Sequence record: KF147891.1
DNA: 64,000 bases
Origin: Pseudomonas phage PaBG
Strand: one strand, 5' to 3'
Position 1 is the first letter of the stretch. Each line of letters opens with the position of its first letter. The position numbers and the translations under genes were made by a program. The notes beneath the pieces were generated by a model, which worked only from the letters and a program-made list of their open reading frames with translations, searched no databases and was not told the origin of the DNA. Positions 11,301-20,213 of this stretch are shown here, piece after piece.

Positions 11301-11907
11301 GACCACTGCGGCCAGTCCTACCACTGCGACCCCCACGGCCGCTGCGACCTCCGCGCCCACCGCGGCGATTTCCACGACCGCCGAGCAAGTCACCTAGACC
11401 ACCACCGAGGCCACCGAACAGATCACCAAGGATGCTGCCCATCTTGTCGATCATGCCGTCTTCAGGAGTGCCGAAGTACGGATCGTTGGCTTCACCTTTG
11501 GCAAACTGCTGGTAGTTCGGGCTGAGCTTGTTCTGCTCCTTGGTCAGCAACTGCAGGATTTGCTCCATGGTCTGATGGACCTGGCGCATCGTCATTGCTT
11601 GCTGCTTGGCCAGACCTGCCTGTTGGTGCATCAGCTTGGTCTGTTGGTTGGCAGCATCCAGTTGCTTATCACCGGTGAGCGCTGCACGCTGTTGCGTCTT
11701 GAGCGCCTGTGTAGCCTGATTCGATGCTTTGACCGTATGCTCTTGGCGCTTAGAGTACGAACCAAAGACGGCGCCACGCTTACCTTTGCTGGATGCGTTG
11801 CGAACGTCAACAACGTCTTTCTGATCGTAGGACATATCCTGCATCAGGTCAGACGACTGCTGGAACTTCTCCTGCACGCCTTTCATTTTCTCAAGTGCGG
11901 ACGCCAT
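8377..11907 (-). CDS. tape measure / ejection protein (1176 aa) with RGG-repeat, lysozyme-like segment, internal repeats and C-terminal glycine-zipper transmembrane segments
   Basis: Longest gene of the tail module, located after the tube and chaperone-position genes. N-terminal coiled-coil-like Q/A-rich region. GRGNRRGGRGGRSGRGGRSGRTGRSGR repeat. Region GKGDHGGVSYGKHQLASRNG...GQKYAAEF...GDYIARTHY suggestive of a peptidoglycan-hydrolase-like fold. Repeated PxLAPMK units. Gly-zipper hydrophobic segments AGGTAGMIVGAKAGAAGGAALGAGIGSFFFGVGAVPGAAIGGFIGGLGGG. Confidence 0.55.
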   Translation of the reverse strand: MASALEKMKGVQEKFQQSSDLMQDMSYDQKDVVDVRNASSKGKRGAVFGSYSKRQEHTVKASNQATQALKTQQRAALTGDKQLDAANQQTKLMHQQAGLAKQQAMTMRQVHQTMEQILQLLTKEQNKLSPNYQQFAKGEANDPYFGTPEDGMIDKMGSILGDLFGGLGGGLGDLLGGRGNRRGGRGGRSGRGGRSGRTGRSGRAGSPGMWDKIKARIGGGGAGSRIKLPRGGKAAAIAALLGGVAYGGSELWDWITGDEEEGSDIDPKRQAMNGGAHMLGAMGGMGSNVPWQHYANQMYNPYSGGAYMPTGWTSQSSQGSVFPTPAGKQNDYGYNPVLSGTVNYSGLGSISASEESGNKGVFTVSSGKGDHGGVSYGKHQLASRNGSMSRFLNSQEGQKYAAEFAGMQPGSAQFTQKYREIAQRDAAGFEKAQGDYIARTHYQPQLEKVSRSTGVDMSTRGKAVQEMLYSTGVQYGGSTSIIANALKGKNVAGMSDADLIIAVQDYKRATVGQYFRSSAPNVQQSIANRTAREKAKLLALNTQELQAKANGEDEKKQEALTGAEGVTGTQAAAASHPSTTTPQVPAMLAPMKPAGEVTSTTPTVPPLLAPMKSDETTAEAGALPDDGVGGPGDFMTRTRTPPKIDLEAPRVTPTPASSAAAPVLEAAEKGAGKGLLKGTARTVGKAIPYVGPAITAAEGASILMDEEATRAEKERAGSELAGGTAGMIVGAKAGAAGGAALGAGIGSFFFGVGAVPGAAIGGFIGGLGGGALGYWGGSEAGGAIYDAAAGTPEEQAAAEAAKANAPVSGASVVPTTPLVFPMAANDSGQTATQAAASIKPVTATVQSDKPLTPDQISNTVATAVNQATGKTTQATDTGVNVADATTQAAQIAADAAKPIVADANQAMSTTAAALATTAAATSAVSSAMPAVPNVTNLAAQTTQTGSGMLSKVAGAVAGVASGIAGMGLPEGWASEIASGYAGAQAQIDSAMSGNGKGINSTPPVPFANYQSPLSSQTTSDVATAPVANPADKPQLPSSQANSPVVTAPASSQNVPLNSPANPGFYTGSDVSPQASALSAPVPAGAVSTAAAATPSPVTSVGGSAEPVERTPYEPVKTVMALEPKQQNTMMPDRFKPAGERISARGVSEGNSIRQTLDDAPAVISDSGLVLLQTGYI

Positions 11908-11918
11908 GATGCCTTCCT

Positions 11919-12866
11919 TTATGCCAAGGGCTTGAAGCCGTTCTTCCGCTCAGCGGCGTCACGTCTGTCCTTGGCAAGGCTGCTGTAGTTGAACAGGAAG
12001 AGCTTGGCAGGCATGTTCATGTCGAACGGCATACCGAACTCTGACAGCAGGTTGTATTGGATTTTGAAGATGTCCTCTTCCGTGTTGTCGGCGAAGAACG
12101 AAAGGATGTGCGGTGCTGTTTGGTGCTCCCAGCGATGGTCGCAAACACGGCAGCGCAGGTTCATAACCTCGATCACACCATGATGGTAGCGCTTTCTGCA
12201 TTCTTGGATGCGCTCATACAGGTCGTTATCCCGCATGTTCAGCAGATACACCATCTTGGCACGGAACGTCGAACCTTTCTTTACCCAACGCGCGCACTCA
12301 GCCATGTGGCGGTCGTGCGGGTTTTCTTCAACGTGCATGTGGAAGTCAGACATTGTGGCGACACGCGGAAAGTCGATGTCGTCGTATGGCAGATACAGGT
12401 CGTCATCATCCAGACTGACAATCTTCGTGCGATACGCCTGCACCGTCTCCACGTTGTTCGTTTGGCACACCTCAAGCTCGATGCCTTTGAGAGCCATGTC
12501 TCTCGGGCTTAGCTTTGGTCCACGCCAGAAGTCGCGCCCTTTCTTGTAGACAAGGTTCTCCTTCATGCACTTCCAATTGACCTGCAGGGGAGCTTTTGGA
12601 TAGCTGTGCATCCGCAACCATGCCAGCAGAAACTCGAAGTCGCCGTCGGTCAGTTCTCCAACTGGGACTGTACAGCAGTGCTGCACGGCACGGACTATAT
12701 GCTCGATTGGCTTGGTCCGACTGTGCATACCAATGTACAGGAGCTTCAACTCGGCGAGCGTGAACTCGCGGACGTATAGCTCCTTGAATCCGTACGGCGT
12801 GAATCCTGTAGGCAAGTCTCCGATGTTGACGAAACGCACGTCCAACGCGGGAGGCTGCATCGTCAT
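11919..12866 (-). CDS. tail assembly chaperone-position protein, paralog 1 (315 aa), C-terminal Cys/His cluster
   Basis: Lies between tube and tape-measure genes. Clear paralogy with 12863..13648: TDGDFEFLLAWLRMHSYPKAPLQVNWKC versus TTGDFFYLLAWQRIHSLKRNPVFTNWEC, and DFPRVATMSDF versus DFPRCATLAEF. Ends with CRVCDHRWEH. Confidence 0.4.
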   Translation of the reverse strand: MTMQPPALDVRFVNIGDLPTGFTPYGFKELYVREFTLAELKLLYIGMHSRTKPIEHIVRAVQHCCTVPVGELTDGDFEFLLAWLRMHSYPKAPLQVNWKCMKENLVYKKGRDFWRGPKLSPRDMALKGIELEVCQTNNVETVQAYRTKIVSLDDDDLYLPYDDIDFPRVATMSDFHMHVEENPHDRHMAECARWVKKGSTFRAKMVYLLNMRDNDLYERIQECRKRYHHGVIEVMNLRCRVCDHRWEHQTAPHILSFFADNTEEDIFKIQYNLLSEFGMPFDMNMPAKLFLFNYSSLAKDRRDAAERKNGFKPLA

Positions 12867-13648
12867 AGGAAGAACGCTCGCGGGTCAATGGTGAAGGTCA
12901 GCGGATGCTTATGTCCGCACGCGGCGCACTCTTTGTTAAAGGTGCGCAGGATGCCGTGCTTGATGTCACGGTTTGCTTCACACGCCAGCTCCAGCAGCTC
13001 GGTATCTTCCGAGTCCAGGAGCATTTGAATGCGCTCTTGCAGGGTACCTGGGTGCTTGATCCACTGCGCAGCTTCTGCCAGCATACCCACGTCTGGGTCG
13101 CGCTGGAGCTTGACGAACTCGGCGAGCGTGGCACAGCGAGGGAAGTCGAGGCGTGGGTCCAGAACAACGTCAGCATCCAGCTTGACGTAGGAGAAGTCGC
13201 TCATCTTGACTTCGGTGTAGTTCTGGTGGTTGCACTGATCGCCGTCGAGAATGATCTTGTCTGGGTCGCGCAGTTCCTTACGCGCTTCCTCGTCAGCACT
13301 CTCCCAGTTTTCGACCATGACTTGCAGGCTACGTGGCGTCAGTACCTCATCAGTACCTCGCACAACGAACACCGCCCCAGGGCACTCCCAATTCGTGAAG
13401 ACGGGATTGCGCTTGAGGCTGTGAATGCGCTGCCAAGCCAGCAGGTAGAAGAAGTCGCCAGTGGTCAATTGGTTGACGTCCAGGTTGGACATACACTGAC
13501 CCATCGCATCGATGGCCGGCTGGTAGTCGTCGAGCATGACTGACTTGGACATCAGTGCCAATTGCTTGGGGCGAAACTCGCGCAGGTCGATCTGCTTGAC
13601 AGGATATGGGCGAGTTACGGACGGGAGATTCGTTTCGTCGAAGATCAT
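12863..13648 (-). CDS. tail assembly chaperone-position protein, paralog 2 (261 aa), C-terminal Cys/His cluster
   Basis: Paralog of 11919..12866 (see above). Ends with CAACGHKHP. 4-nt overlap with its paralog. Confidence 0.4.
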   Translation of the reverse strand: MIFDETNLPSVTRPYPVKQIDLREFRPKQLALMSKSVMLDDYQPAIDAMGQCMSNLDVNQLTTGDFFYLLAWQRIHSLKRNPVFTNWECPGAVFVVRGTDEVLTPRSLQVMVENWESADEEARKELRDPDKIILDGDQCNHQNYTEVKMSDFSYVKLDADVVLDPRLDFPRCATLAEFVKLQRDPDVGMLAEAAQWIKHPGTLQERIQMLLDSEDTELLELACEANRDIKHGILRTFNKECAACGHKHPLTFTIDPRAFFL

Positions 13649-13660
13649 TTCTGGATTCCT

Positions 13661-14164
13661 TTAGGCCGTGAGCTTGATTCCATCACACGAGAAGTTTTGG
13701 TGCACCTTGATCAGTCCATTGGTCGAGGTGTAGTTCAAATCCCAGTTGCCCTTTGTGCTGGGCCAGCAGTTCTTGCACGTCGCCGTTAGAATGGGCGAGT
13801 TGTTGTTGCTCAACAACTGAAACACGAGGTCGTGCTTGTAGTTGGTAGGCAGGTAGAAGGCACCAGTTTCAGGATCGCGGATGCGTTCCTTCCACGATGT
13901 CAGCCACTTCATTGTGCGCAGCGCTTCGTCTTCGTGGAACTGGCAATCGAATGCCTGAATCTCCTCGAAGCCTGGGTAGTAGGTGAACGTACCAGCGCCG
14001 AACAAGGGCTTGATGTTGAACGACGGGAACGGCAGGCTAACTGACTCGCAGTAGTCAGTGTCCATGCCAAAGGGCAAGCTGATGCAGTGCCACTTCCAGT
14101 CGTGGATCGGCTGTCTGTCTCCGGACCGCCGTTGTACAAATTCTTCGATGTCGTAAATGGGCAT
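13661..14164 (-). CDS. tail protein (167 aa), possibly a second tube-like or tube-associated protein
   Basis: Same size class as the tube protein and directly downstream of it. No motif confirmed. Confidence 0.3.
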   Translation of the reverse strand: MPIYDIEEFVQRRSGDRQPIHDWKWHCISLPFGMDTDYCESVSLPFPSFNIKPLFGAGTFTYYPGFEEIQAFDCQFHEDEALRTMKWLTSWKERIRDPETGAFYLPTNYKHDLVFQLLSNNNSPILTATCKNCWPSTKGNWDLNYTSTNGLIKVHQNFSCDGIKLTA

Positions 14165-14179
14165 GCTGCACCCCGCAGA

Positions 14180-14218
14180 AAGGAAAAAGGCCCTGAGCCC
14201 GTTACCGAGCTAGGGCCC
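14180..14218 (-). terminator. intrinsic terminator after the tail tube gene
   Basis: Plus-strand aggaaaaaggccctgagcccgttaccgagctagggccc. On the minus-strand RNA a GGGCCCU...AGGGCC stem is followed by UUUUUCCUUUCU. Confidence 0.5.
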
Positions 14219-14224
14219 ATTTCA

Positions 14225-14731
14225 TCAGGTGCGCTTGTAGTAGTCGTAGGCGAAGGTCGCATCGACTGTCATCGCGGTACCACCCGAACCATCGAACTGA
14301 GCGTCAGGAACTTCTGTCGGCCAGATGTTGTAGATGGTGTAGTTCAGAGCCTCAGCACCAGTCTGGTCGTAGATGGTCATGACGGCGTTCGTGGCGTAGT
14401 CGCGCTTGAAGTTGCCGGACTGCGTGTCGGTCTCCCGGCACATTTCGCTCCAGTCTTCCAGCGTGGTGTTGATGACACCGTCGTAGGATTCGTGGAAGGA
14501 AATGCTCATGGAGTTGCTGAAGGTCTTGCGGGCAGCGTGGACAGTCTTGTGACCGAACAGCTCCATTTCAGCTTGTTGCACCGACATACCGGGTTTTACG
14601 CCGGACTTACATTGCACGCGCAGCGTACGGTTGTCACCGCCGCCAGGCACTCGCGTGAATACCAGGTCGAAGTTGTCGTTGAGCATCGGGTCGCCGACGT
14701 TCAACACCTCGTCAAGAGACGGCTTGGGCAT
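14225..14731 (-). CDS. tail tube protein
   Basis: 168 aa, immediately downstream of the sheath gene. Size and composition typical of contractile-tail tube proteins (T4 gp19-like). Followed by a terminator. Confidence 0.55.
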   Translation of the reverse strand: MPKPSLDEVLNVGDPMLNDNFDLVFTRVPGGGDNRTLRVQCKSGVKPGMSVQQAEMELFGHKTVHAARKTFSNSMSISFHESYDGVINTTLEDWSEMCRETDTQSGNFKRDYATNAVMTIYDQTGAEALNYTIYNIWPTEVPDAQFDGSGGTAMTVDATFAYDYYKRT

Positions 14732-14752
14732 AGATCACCTCAGAAGTGTGGA

Positions 14753-16339
14753 TTACTGCGTACGGTCGTTGACGCTGATGGCGTACTGAATCTGACCGGT
14801 GCGCGGCACGATTGCGTTCAGGTGGATACGCTTGGCAATCATCATCGGATCGACGTAAACGTCGAGGACACAATCACCGGACGCTTCCAGCTCGGGCGGG
14901 TTGTTGCTGGAGTCGCAGATGATCTCGTAGCCATACAGACCACGGCCACGCTTGACTGGACCCAGAATGTCTTCGGCGATACCAGAGAGCTGCAGGCGCA
15001 GCGTGGCATCGTTTTGCTCGAACACACCCGCGAGGGCAGCGATCTTCAACTGGGCCATCAGGCTGTTCATCAGGCGGCGAACGTGAATGTTCGATAGCGC
15101 AGACGCGAAGCCTTGCAGGGTCTCTTGCGACCACAGTACCAAACCGTAGTTCGGCATCTTGTGGATGAAGTTGACCTGGTTCTGATCCAGCGTGTCACGG
15201 TCGCCTTGCTTGTACACTTGGCGAACGCCGTTTGCCAGAATCTTACCGCGGGTCACACCCGCAGGTGCGAACCACTCGGCAGCGACGCGATCGGTCCGAG
15301 CGTAGCACGCGGCGACATAGCCCGAGGGCGGGCAGAAGATCGTCACGTTGTCTTCGTTGGTGATCGACAAATCCGGCGTGTAGATGCCGGCGAAGGAGCT
15401 GCTCAGGTTCAGCGTGTTGCGGCGGTAAGCCACAGCTTGCTGGGTGCTCTGGAAGTCTGAAGGCATATCGAGAATGGCGAACGCATCGCCACGCTGTTCT
15501 GCCACTTCCGCCATCTTCAGGTGCACTGCCGGAGAGGCATAGCCGCCGTTGATCAGCAGGGTGACAGTGATTTCCTCGGTGTCCGCGTAGGCGTCCCAGC
15601 CATCGATGATGTCGTCCATCGTGATGGCGTCACCGTCATTGCCGTGAGTCAGATCACCAGCGATAACCGAGTTCACCAAGCGCACGCGCTCGTTGTCACG
15701 GTACTTCGGATGGTCACGATTCACGCGGGCGCGCAGGCGGGAGCTTTTCTGCTCCAGTTGATCTTCGATGCTCAGTTGGCGGCCGTAACCATCGACAGTC
15801 TCGCGCAGGGTAGCGCGGTAACTTTCGACGGCGATAGTGGCGCTGCCTTCGTAGACATCGAGGACGAACAGTTCGTTGGCGATATCGGAAGTGTCCGGGT
15901 ACGCCACGATGCGCAGGTCGTTGTTCCAGTTGCCAGGGTCAGCAGCGTACAGGAACAGGACATCGTTCTCGTTGAAGGAGTAGTCGTCGGGAGTATCGAA
16001 ACCCTCGACGCTGTTCTGGATGGTTGCGAACTCGTTGACAGTGGCGATCCGTACAGAACCGAACTTGGCGTTGCGGGCCACGCGCAGGTAGTACAGTTGG
16101 CTGGCTTCCGACAAGAACTGCTCCGCACAGAAGTGTGCGAAGGTCAGCTTAGCGTCAGGCGCGCCGAACTTGGATCGGAAGTTTTTCTTGTCAACCGTGA
16201 GTGTCGGTACACCGACAGGGCCGCGCTTCGACGGGCCCACCATGGCACCAATCGACGACGAAACGGCGACACCGCGGACCGACTGGTCATCGATGGCACC
16301 GTAAACGCCGGCGCTGGAGCTGCTGCCGTTGTTCAACAT
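14753..16339 (-). CDS. tail sheath protein
   Basis: 528 aa. C-terminal blocks DAFAILD, GYVAACYARTDRVAAEWFAPAG and YGLVLWSQETL match the conserved sheath signature (PF04984-like). GGAGA Shine-Dalgarno 7 nt upstream. Confidence 0.8.
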   Translation of the reverse strand: MLNNGSSSSAGVYGAIDDQSVRGVAVSSSIGAMVGPSKRGPVGVPTLTVDKKNFRSKFGAPDAKLTFAHFCAEQFLSEASQLYYLRVARNAKFGSVRIATVNEFATIQNSVEGFDTPDDYSFNENDVLFLYAADPGNWNNDLRIVAYPDTSDIANELFVLDVYEGSATIAVESYRATLRETVDGYGRQLSIEDQLEQKSSRLRARVNRDHPKYRDNERVRLVNSVIAGDLTHGNDGDAITMDDIIDGWDAYADTEEITVTLLINGGYASPAVHLKMAEVAEQRGDAFAILDMPSDFQSTQQAVAYRRNTLNLSSSFAGIYTPDLSITNEDNVTIFCPPSGYVAACYARTDRVAAEWFAPAGVTRGKILANGVRQVYKQGDRDTLDQNQVNFIHKMPNYGLVLWSQETLQGFASALSNIHVRRLMNSLMAQLKIAALAGVFEQNDATLRLQLSGIAEDILGPVKRGRGLYGYEIICDSSNNPPELEASGDCVLDVYVDPMMIAKRIHLNAIVPRTGQIQYAISVNDRTQ

Positions 16340-16390
16340 GAAATGGTCTCCATGGGTGGATAGGTATAGTTCTTCATACCTGCATAGAAA

Positions 16391-17776
16391 TTAGCTTGCC
16401 TGCAGGATGGAACACCGTACAGTTTCGTCTTCTTTGGCGTACAACTTGACGATGCCGCTAAACTTTCCGTTGAGGGTGAACAAGCCGTTGATTTCCAGTT
16501 GCAGTGCAATTTGCTGCACGACATCCGTCTCAGGCTCGTCCGGTGTTTCTGGCTGCTCTGGTTGCACAGGACCGCTACGAAGAATGGGCGTCTCTTCCCG
16601 AATGATCGTAGGCGCTCCGCCAACATTGGAGTCGGCGTAGGTGACAGTCAGCACGGTGTCTTGGTCGAAGATCGAACCCAGCGTGTAGCGTGCCTCGTAG
16701 ATGCCTGTGTTCAACCCGACACGATTGGCACGCACGCGGACAAACTTGTTGGTCTGCTTGCCTGCGATAACCAGATCGACGTACTCTGTGAGGACGTCCG
16801 GATCATCCACACGGAACACGGCTTCCAGAGTAGGCTGCACATTCTCCGGCACCGTGAGCACACCCAGAGTGGGTTGCTGTGTGATCTGGATTTGCTTGGT
16901 AATCGTCTGGAGACTACCGTACATGTCGGCGAAAGCGTACTCAGTGATCAGGGTGTCGCCTTCTTGGGTGTCGAGCAGGTGCTGCGACAGATCAACGCTC
17001 TGTGCCCAATGGCCACCATCGGCAGGCATCAGGTACGACACCAACCGCTCGCCTGTGCGCTGTAGTGTCAGAGTGACGAATGGCGTACTGCCGTTGTTCT
17101 CAGCAAACAAGGCAATGCCGAGTCGACCATTCGGAGGGCACGCCCGACGCGCTTCCAGTACAGGCATCTGGAACGCGCTAACGACAGTGATGTTCTTCAC
17201 CACGTTCACAGGTTCACCGGAGCTGCCGCGGCCGTCTTGGTAGATGACCCGTAGGACATCATCAGGTGAGGCGTGCATGATCCCGTCGAAGTCTTCGCCT
17301 CGGATAGGCTTGAGTTCGATGTAGATGGTGCTGCGGTACATGCTGTCCGCAATCTTATCCAGCATCAGGTACTCGGTCTCGCCCGTTGTCGCATTGAACA
17401 CCGTGACCTGTAGCTTGTCCTTGACGACATCAGGATCGTACACTGCAATCTGCAGGTGGGCGTTGGTATTGACCTCACTCTCCGCATAGATCACACCAGT
17501 CGTATAGGTCGTACCGGGCTCTTCCGGATACTCCACGTCGGGTGGGCCGGGGATCAAGTGTGCGATCACCGGGAAGGCAGTGGCGATCTGCAAAAACTTG
17601 TTGGAGTTGCGTGTGATGATATGCGGCTTGGTGCGTGTGACTTCGACGTCCAGTTGGCTGATCGAGCTGGACTTGGCGCTCACCATGGCACGCTTGGCGC
17701 TTTTCTTACCCAAGCGATCCACTAGATACGTCCTGGATTCAGTGACGACTGTGGTGTCTCCGAGTAGCTTATCCAT
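16391..17776 (-). CDS. virion structural protein (461 aa), neck/tail-terminator region
   Basis: Position between the head genes and the sheath. Beta-rich composition. Confidence 0.35.
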   Translation of the reverse strand: MDKLLGDTTVVTESRTYLVDRLGKKSAKRAMVSAKSSSISQLDVEVTRTKPHIITRNSNKFLQIATAFPVIAHLIPGPPDVEYPEEPGTTYTTGVIYAESEVNTNAHLQIAVYDPDVVKDKLQVTVFNATTGETEYLMLDKIADSMYRSTIYIELKPIRGEDFDGIMHASPDDVLRVIYQDGRGSSGEPVNVVKNITVVSAFQMPVLEARRACPPNGRLGIALFAENNGSTPFVTLTLQRTGERLVSYLMPADGGHWAQSVDLSQHLLDTQEGDTLITEYAFADMYGSLQTITKQIQITQQPTLGVLTVPENVQPTLEAVFRVDDPDVLTEYVDLVIAGKQTNKFVRVRANRVGLNTGIYEARYTLGSIFDQDTVLTVTYADSNVGGAPTIIREETPILRSGPVQPEQPETPDEPETDVVQQIALQLEINGLFTLNGKFSGIVKLYAKEDETVRCSILQAS

Positions 17777-18479
17777 TCTTCACCTCAATGCCGGTGGTGA
17801 CTTCGCCGCGATTGTTGACCTTCGGCACGTCGCGCATCGCACCAAGCTTGGTGTTGATTGTGAAGGACAGTACGAGGTCCATGCCCTCAGGGTCGGCCTC
17901 GAGGTCCTTGTCCGAACGAGGAATCGGAATGCTCTCCGAGTCCAGTTTGACTTCAACGATCCACGACACGCCTTCGTATTCAACTCGGGCGTTCATCTTA
18001 CCCGAATGGGCGACGATGAGGGCACGAGTGCAGAAGTTCATGGCATCGATGATGTCTTTGGTGACGTAGTGCACCTCGGCCTGAATAGAGCACGGGAACA
18101 GAAACGCCTTCTTGAGTACAGCGTTTGCCAACTCATCGAATGTGGCGCCCATGCTATGGCGAGCTGCTGTCTTGACTGCTTGCTGGTCCTTGACCAATCC
18201 AAGGCTACCCAGCGAGTAGTACGAATACGGGTAAAGGTCGGCGACGTTGATGTTGGCGTCGTCCACACCTTTTTTCAGGTGACGCTTGACGTCCTGCGAT
18301 TGCACCAGAGGCAATGCCTCAAGAGCGAAGAACCGCTTCACCGCTTCACGGAACGTGTATAGCGTGATGTATGCAGGACTGTTCTTTTGGAGAATGCGTT
18401 CCGTGTTATCGGTGAGCTGTAACGACATGGAAAATACCCCAGAAATGAAAGTGGCGACCCTAAGGCCGCCACAGTTCAA
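17769..18479 (-). CDS. virion structural protein (236 aa), head-tail joining region
   Basis: Position. 8-nt overlap with the downstream gene. Confidence 0.3.
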   Translation of the reverse strand: MNCGGLRVATFISGVFSMSLQLTDNTERILQKNSPAYITLYTFREAVKRFFALEALPLVQSQDVKRHLKKGVDDANINVADLYPYSYYSLGSLGLVKDQQAVKTAARHSMGATFDELANAVLKKAFLFPCSIQAEVHYVTKDIIDAMNFCTRALIVAHSGKMNARVEYEGVSWIVEVKLDSESIPIPRSDKDLEADPEGMDLVLSFTINTKLGAMRDVPKVNNRGEVTTGIEVKNG

Positions 18480-19024
18480 CTCTTGTACCGAATCGGACCA
18501 CTCAGGACAGCCTGGGCGGTAGAAGCCACAGCTTCCTCTTCTTCGTCCGCTTCTTCCTCATCCTCTTCGAGGTCTTCGTCGACCCCGTTCACGTCTTCGT
18601 CGTCTTCGAGGAAATCCTCGTCGAGCGCTTCATCCGCGAAGTCATCACCGTCCAGCTCATCACCCTCGTCGAGGAACGACGCAGTTGCGAGTTGGCGAGA
18701 TACACGATTGGACAGGGAAACGAAATCAGTTGCGGAGGCTGCTGCCAGAGACGGCGCAAGTGTGTTTTCCGCTTGTGGCGTAGAGCCATCATTCCGCACC
18801 GCAGTGGGCGCAGGCTTCATCACCTCAGACACGAACTGGGTAAGGTCGTCACCGAACTCACCAGCTTTGGCCATGTACTTGAGGCAGTCTTCCTGGTTGC
18901 CCTGCTGAAGGGCGATAACGGCAAGCGCGAGAAACTGTTTGCCGCTCATCGTTCGTACTCCTGCAAAGGGTGTAGACTGAAACGCAGGCGGGTCGGAGGG
19001 CGCTCTCCTAACCGCCTGCATCAT
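18476..19024 (-). CDS. hypothetical protein (182 aa) with polyacidic C-terminal half
   Basis: Directly downstream of the capsid gene. DELDGDDFADEALDEDFLEDDEDVNGVDEDLEEDEEEADEEEE tract. Confidence 0.35.
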   Translation of the reverse strand: MMQAVRRAPSDPPAFQSTPFAGVRTMSGKQFLALAVIALQQGNQEDCLKYMAKAGEFGDDLTQFVSEVMKPAPTAVRNDGSTPQAENTLAPSLAAASATDFVSLSNRVSRQLATASFLDEGDELDGDDFADEALDEDFLEDDEDVNGVDEDLEEDEEEADEEEEAVASTAQAVLSGPIRYKS

Positions 19025-19055
19025 GTACTACACGCAGCACGCTGTCCCAGTGGGA

Positions 19056-20162
19056 TTAGGCGCGCTTGCCCTTGACGACGGAGCGAACGTTGGCCAGGAC
19101 GAGCGAGAACGGCTCGACCATGAACCAGCCGCGGGTGCTGTTACCGGCATCGGCGCCGTTGGTCGGGGTGGACTGGATGCCGCCACGAGTGGAGTAGGCA
19201 CCGTGGTTACGCGGATCGGAGACCACGTAGATTTCGCCCGGGTTCAGGACCTTCTGGTTCGGCTGGCGGAAGGCATCGGTGATGATGTTCATGCCGACCA
19301 GGGTACCGATCTGACCGTTCAGCACCAGGTCATACTTGGTGATCGGGTCGAAGAAGGTGGCGAAGTCGTTGCTGCCGATCACGTCGGCCCAGTAGTCGTT
19401 GGCCAGCAGGATGTGAGTAGCCGGCAGGCCCCACTTGGCGATTTGCTGACGCAGACGACCCAGGTTCTTGGTGGTCAGTTCGCCGGCGATCAGCTCCAGG
19501 TTGTTGACGACGCCGACGGTCTGGTCAGCGGCCTTCTTCCACAGGCGGTCTTCGGCAACCATGATGGCTTGCAGACCGTCGTTGTAGGCGTGGTCCAGCA
19601 GGTCACCGTTGACTTGTTGGATGTCCAGGTTTTCAACGCGAACGTTGGCCTGAATCTCGAACTCGTCCGGGGTGAACACGCGCTGACGAATGGTCTGGTA
19701 GCCGGTGTTGCTGGAGCTGGTGGCGACCACGGCCATGGTGTCGTGAGCGGGCATCGGAACGCGCTGTACTTCGCCTTGCTTGAGGGTGTTACCCACCATC
19801 AGCTTGCGGACGAAGCCTTCGCGGTCAGCTTGGTCGCTGATCTGCTGAGCCAGGCTGGCACCCAGAGCGGACCACTTCTGCGGGTCAACCATGGCTTCGC
19901 GCAGCACTTCGCGGCGAGCTTCGGCAGCAGCCACAGCTTCTTCGCGGGCGCTCGGAGCGCGACGTTGTTCGATGATTTCGCCGGAAGCGTAGGCGGACAT
20001 CATCTGGCCGATGACCTGCATGGCCTCCTTGACGGAACCGGCGTTGATTTCGCCAGTCGAGGAGCTCAGGGCCAGCTCGCGGCCTTTGCCGAGACGCAGG
20101 TCTTCCAGGGGCGAGCCGTCCTTCAGGACCATGCGGGCGCCGGTGAATGCGTGTTGAGTCAT
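19056..20162 (-). CDS. major capsid protein (HK97-like), probable start at the internal ATG (MTQHAFTG)
   Basis: About 370 aa downstream of a scaffold-like gene. Segment ATFFDPITKYDLVLNGQIGTLVGMNIITD and overall pattern typical of HK97-fold capsid proteins. The track start is a TTG at 20177. The ATG at ~20162 has GGAG 9 nt upstream. Confidence 0.6.
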   Translation of the reverse strand: MTQHAFTGARMVLKDGSPLEDLRLGKGRELALSSSTGEINAGSVKEAMQVIGQMMSAYASGEIIEQRRAPSAREEAVAAAEARREVLREAMVDPQKWSALGASLAQQISDQADREGFVRKLMVGNTLKQGEVQRVPMPAHDTMAVVATSSSNTGYQTIRQRVFTPDEFEIQANVRVENLDIQQVNGDLLDHAYNDGLQAIMVAEDRLWKKAADQTVGVVNNLELIAGELTTKNLGRLRQQIAKWGLPATHILLANDYWADVIGSNDFATFFDPITKYDLVLNGQIGTLVGMNIITDAFRQPNQKVLNPGEIYVVSDPRNHGAYSTRGGIQSTPTNGADAGNSTRGWFMVEPFSLVLANVRSVVKGKRA

Positions 20163-20213
20163 GTTCGTTTTCTCCAAAAGGAATTGATGCGACGCAGACG
20201 GACTGGCGCGCGA

